Source: Yuukianura sp. NJ FZ-2021 (Eukaryota). Taken from it: a stretch of 64,000 bases of DNA. Below, in pieces: positions 60,601 through 64,000 of this stretch. The position numbers and the translations under genes are program-made. How positions within the stretch are numbered: position 1 is the first letter of the stretch; every line of letters starts with the position of its first letter. The notes beneath the pieces are model-generated. The model was not told the DNA's origin and searched no databases. It saw only the letters and a list, made by a program, of their open reading frames with translations. The DNA lies in contig CM102285.1 in assembly GCA_046563655.1 (NCBI GenBank), positions 9,424,001 through 9,488,000 on the forward strand. The letters run 5' to 3'.

Positions 60601-60720
60601 TATTCTAGAGTTAACGATGAAGATGAACAAATACTACCCCACTAAATGACTAGAATCAAATGTTTACGTTCGAATTTTAACTCACCGTCTAGGTTGTTTT
60701 CTCCGTGTACTTTCCATCAT
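51610..60720 (-). CDS. FACIT/collagen IX-like collagen: signal peptide, TSPN (laminin G-like) domain, interrupted Gly-X-Y domains, NC2-like helix, Cys-containing NC1
   Basis: TSPN IFPQGLPEQFSFITTWR...FDKNWHKLHFGVFRDRVMLYADC...IDLQWMVLNCDPTRPERETCDEL. Many small GXY exons. GRTYTENELREICASVLR. C-terminus GPPGYCEFC...KKGPP. Confidence 0.88.
52507..53061. mobile_element. foldback/MITE with long imperfect TIRs built of ACATCAAC repeats
   Basis: Left arm GCCAAAACATAAAA...CAACTGAAAAGACATC matches the reverse complement of the right arm, GCCAATACATAAAA...CAACTGAAAAGACATC. Boundaries approximate. Confidence 0.65.
53983..54610. mobile_element. MITE with internally repetitive TIRs (CATTGCTCCGAA units)
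   Basis: Ends GGGT...CATTGCTCC and GGAGCAATG...ACCC. Flanking direct repeat GATTAGGT at 53975-53982 and 54611-54618 (extendable to 10 bp). Confidence 0.82.
54838..55351. mobile_element. hAT-type MITE
   Basis: 17-bp perfect TIR CAGAGTCCCAAAAAATA and 8-bp TSD TTTATGAG (54830-54837, 55352-55359). Confidence 0.9.
56122..56250. repeat. 10-bp minisatellite (YTGGACAGTA / CTGGACACTT), about 13 units
   Basis: Directly visible tandem array with alternating unit variants. Confidence 0.9.
56651..56901. mobile_element. ~250-bp MITE with long imperfect TIRs
   Basis: TTATGATGGGAGATCGACTGCTTT...GATTTGCTGCA.ACTTTCTTTTAAAAACA is mirrored by TGTTTTTAAAAGAAAGTTTGCAGCAAATC...AAAGCAGTCGACCTCCCGTCATAA. Confidence 0.85.
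57301..57374. repeat. AT-rich foldback palindrome
   Basis: GTTCATGAAT...ATTCATGAAC enclosing (TTAA)n arms. Confidence 0.65.
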
Positions 60721-63700
60721 GGTATTTTTACACAATCCAGGATGAATTTAAAAAAAATTTACTGCAAACACTTTTACAGCACTTTTAGTGACGGCTGGGT
60801 CTCGTCTGCGTTGTAAATTTTGAAATGTAGTTTTCAAATGCTCTAAGTCAATTCTAAAATTCTGAACCTTAGCGTCCTTGTGTTCTACGTCAAGTTTGAA
60901 ATGTAGCGTCTTGATACTCTTATAAAGTGTCAGACAAGGTTGATGTTTTGGCAGACGAAATGGAGATCACTCAGAATTCCTAAGAAGAATTTGGAATCAT
61001 CGGTGTAAACTGAGTAATTAAGGGCTAACTTTGTAACTTGAATGTAACTTTGTAACTTTGTAACTTAATGCTTAATTTTAGTTTGGGTAAGAAAGTGTTG
61101 AGTGTAGCGTGTTCAGTTTGACTGTGATACACTTGTAGAGGGTTTTGGTTCATTGACGATGATTCTGGACCAGGAAGAAAGATTTCCCCAAGACTTGTTC
61201 CTTGTTTTTGAAAAGTTTAGCAAAAGACGCCCTGCTCCTTGGCTTGTTCAGTGTTCATTTTTATATAAAGTTTATTGTGACCCTATGGCACATGTCACTT
61301 CCAAAACTATTCCTCCAACCTATCCATGATCTTTTTAAACAAATTTCAACACCCACTCCATGTCTCTCTTTCAAATTAATTGCAGACTTACAAAAAAAAT
61401 CACAGAGGATCACTGGAACAAAATGTTTTACAATTTCCCAATGAACTTTTCCAACACAAAAGTAAAACAATGTCGACAACGAAAAATCTCAGGCTTTTCG
61501 GTTGTGGTTTTCTCCTTTTTGCTTACAATCAACTTGAAAAGCTTAGAAAGATGCTGAAGCTATCGTTAGGTACTCACAAATAGCAGTTTTGGAACAAATT
61601 TGGCAGATTCTTAAATAAATGACCTGTTCACCAAAACAGGAGTGTCGCTTTGAAGTATTTTCTGGCAAAAACATTAAATCACTTGTTTTTCTTCAATTCC
61701 TGTAGGCATGTAGGCTCAAAAAAATAAGTCCTCGAATTTGTTTTCCATTTTGTAAAACAAAACAAAAATTCGCTTTTCAGCGAAACTCCGCTTTCATCGA
61801 ATTCACACGACTTACTTTCGACTCTATTCATAGACTGTAATTCATTTTTAACTGGGTGCGAATCGTAGGGTATGTTTTTTTGCTTCACAACAGAATTGAA
61901 GCATTGATTTGATGTTCAATAGCCTAGTTTATGCTGAATGAATATGATGCTGCAGAGTGTCTTTCTAGACTTTGGTCCATGCGTCTGTGTGTCCTAATCG
62001 TCTTTCTGCCTGTTTGTGTCATTTGAACCAATTCTGTTTCCAAGATTGATGATTTATTGCACAAAGGTCACTCAACCCATCTTCAAAGGAACCAATCCTT
62101 GGTGTCTTTCCTATATCTTCGTTCTATTTAGTACTTGCGCTGTGTCTTTTTGCACAAACCTAAACTCGTCCTTACAGAAAAATGCTAGAGGCAAAAAATT
62201 TTCTTGTGCGTCTAATGAAAAACAGGTAAAAAATAAGCGTCTCTGAGAAAGTTTTAACAAAAATTTCAACTTTTTAATAACTTTGTAAAAATTAAGTCCA
62301 CTTCATTTTTCAAGTTGTACAGGCGTGTGATTGTGGACAACTATGCTCATCCTGAGATCCCCGAGAATCTGCGAAAGGTCAAAGGTCAAATTCTTTGCGT
62401 TCAGTGCAAATCCATTCTTCTGAAAGTAAAAAAAATCTGTTTACTTTTGTCCTGATTGCATTATGACACGAACCATCGAAAGAAAAGGCTTTGATCACTT
62501 TAGTATCTTTTAAATGTCCCACACTCGAGTATTTCTTCCAGAAAAGGCAGGATGCATGATGGAACGTATTAGGGAAAATGTCAAGTTATGACGACATTTC
62601 GAACTTGCTTTAATCAAGAAAAGCATGCAATTCGGTCTAAATTGTGTTGAGGTCATAATTTGAAATTACGGAAGTACACAGGTTTAGCCTAAAAAGTCTC
62701 TAAAACTCCAGTAGGAAACTCGTTTTTCTTTTGAGTTCGTGATTTTTATTGTCATCTTTTCATTTGATCTCATCACCGACAAAGTTCAAAAACTGTTTTG
62801 GTTTGGACTAACAGAATTTTCGTCTACTTTATTTGACATTTTGGCACGCAACTTTTTGAGAGGTCAAAAGCACTTTGTAAATCCTTTTGAAGTTTGGTCT
62901 TTTTATTTTCCTTGAATTCACCAAATACGCGTTAAAAGCTCAGTGCATTTTGATCTACTGACGCAATGACTTCATGGAAAATACCGCGAATTGTGATGGC
63001 AGTTTGTTATCAATTAACACTATTGACCGTGTGTTTCGTTAACTGTACAATTCTGAAGTAGTTCTCACAAGGTACTATACAATTGACATTGATTGACCTT
63101 GCTCAAGTAGGTTTTGCTAAAAAAAAAATTTGACATCATCACAATTGAAGCTGTTTAGCCTGAGCAGGTTTCACTTCACAGTTCATTTCAACTTTAGTAA
63201 ATTTGTACAGTCAGGTTTTATTGTTCACTCACAGCAAAAGCTAACAAAAAAATTGGTAAATGTTAAATTAACCTAAAAATCACTTTCCTACGCTCCAAAT
63301 GCTCTTCCTATGATTTTATGTATATTTCCAAGAACCTGATTTTAGTTTAAAGCTTAAAAACAAGTGAAAGGCATACCAATTATTCCGTGTGTGACTGATA
63401 ATAGGAAGAGAGCTAATGAATACTTAGCAGACGCCTGTTACAACCACAACTGAAATCCTATACTCCTCTGTGCAATTATAAATTTTAAGTATTTTGAAAT
63501 TACTTTCAGTTTTAACCATCGTTTTGGCAAGTCAGCAATTGCGTATGTAGCTGTCCACCTTGGAAATTGCAGACATCACCATACTTTACCTTAAGCCAAA
63601 TCTTTGGCGTCATGTGCTTGTGCTGTTGAAACAAGACTGCGAATAGATGTAAGAATACGAAACTAGACAGTATTTGCTTATCCTTGTCGTTCTGCACTTG

Positions 63701-63862
63701 AACATCGCTTGTTCAGAGGTGATAATGACACTTATCTCGGAAAACAATTTTTAATTCAGCGTAAATTTCCTTTGTGGGCACAGTGGTTTCCGCGCATTCC
63801 AACGAACTGGTCAAAAATTGAGTTTATAGTTTAATTTTTCAAATTTTTAAACTTTGAAAAAA

Positions 63863-64000
63863 ATGAAAAAGGGAACAAAATTTTTCGCGACGGGTGGGGC
63901 AGTGCTGCTAATTGTTGGAGCAATCATTGGTGGAGTCTTGTATTCGACTAGTAGCTCATCTTCAAGTGAAGATGATCCTGCCACTCTGCAATTGCCACAT
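63863..64000 (+). CDS. N-terminus of a putative type II membrane protein (truncated by the window end)
   Basis: MKKGTKFFATGGAVLLIVGAIIGGVLYSTSSSSSEDDPATLQLPH: basic N-terminus, hydrophobic anchor, Ser-rich stalk. AAAAATG context and frame open to the edge. Confidence 0.6.
   Translation, partial: MKKGTKFFATGGAVLLIVGAIIGGVLYSTSSSSSSEDDPATLQLPH

Noticed and set aside
61027..61067. TGTAACTT short tandem repeat upstream of the collagen gene
   Set aside because: Low-complexity, about 5 units, with no evidence of function.

Overview
Gene-dense, intron-rich eukaryotic DNA from an arthropod. The short ~60-90 nt introns, cuticle protein and trissin receptor suggest a hexapod, possibly a springtail (inference only). 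In order: the 3' part of a BEL/Pao LTR retrotransposon (unbroken pol, 3' LTR), apparently inside the last intron of an orexin/allatotropin-type GPCR whose two duplicated terminal exons follow it; a cuticle protein (-); a CNG channel beta subunit (-); a trissin receptor (+); a divergent alanine aminotransferase, TCAIM and a canonical alanine aminotransferase (all -); NudCD1 (+); two tandem ABHD4/5-like hydrolases (+); SDR39U1 (-); a DELE1-like SEL1-repeat gene (+); a TSPN-containing FACIT/collagen IX-like gene (-); and the start of a type II membrane protein. Introns hold several MITEs, some with clear target-site duplications. Most notable: (i) a likely mutually exclusive exon pair that swaps half of the collagen NC2 trimerisation domain; (ii) two alternative GPCR C-tails; (iii) an intronic tRNA-like Pol III unit clamped in an inverted repeat; (iv) an ABHD paralog with a myristoylation motif and an FFAT-like tail; (v) an intergenic run of adjacent hairpins; (vi) three GC-AG introns. 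Gene models were assembled by eye, and no database search was run.
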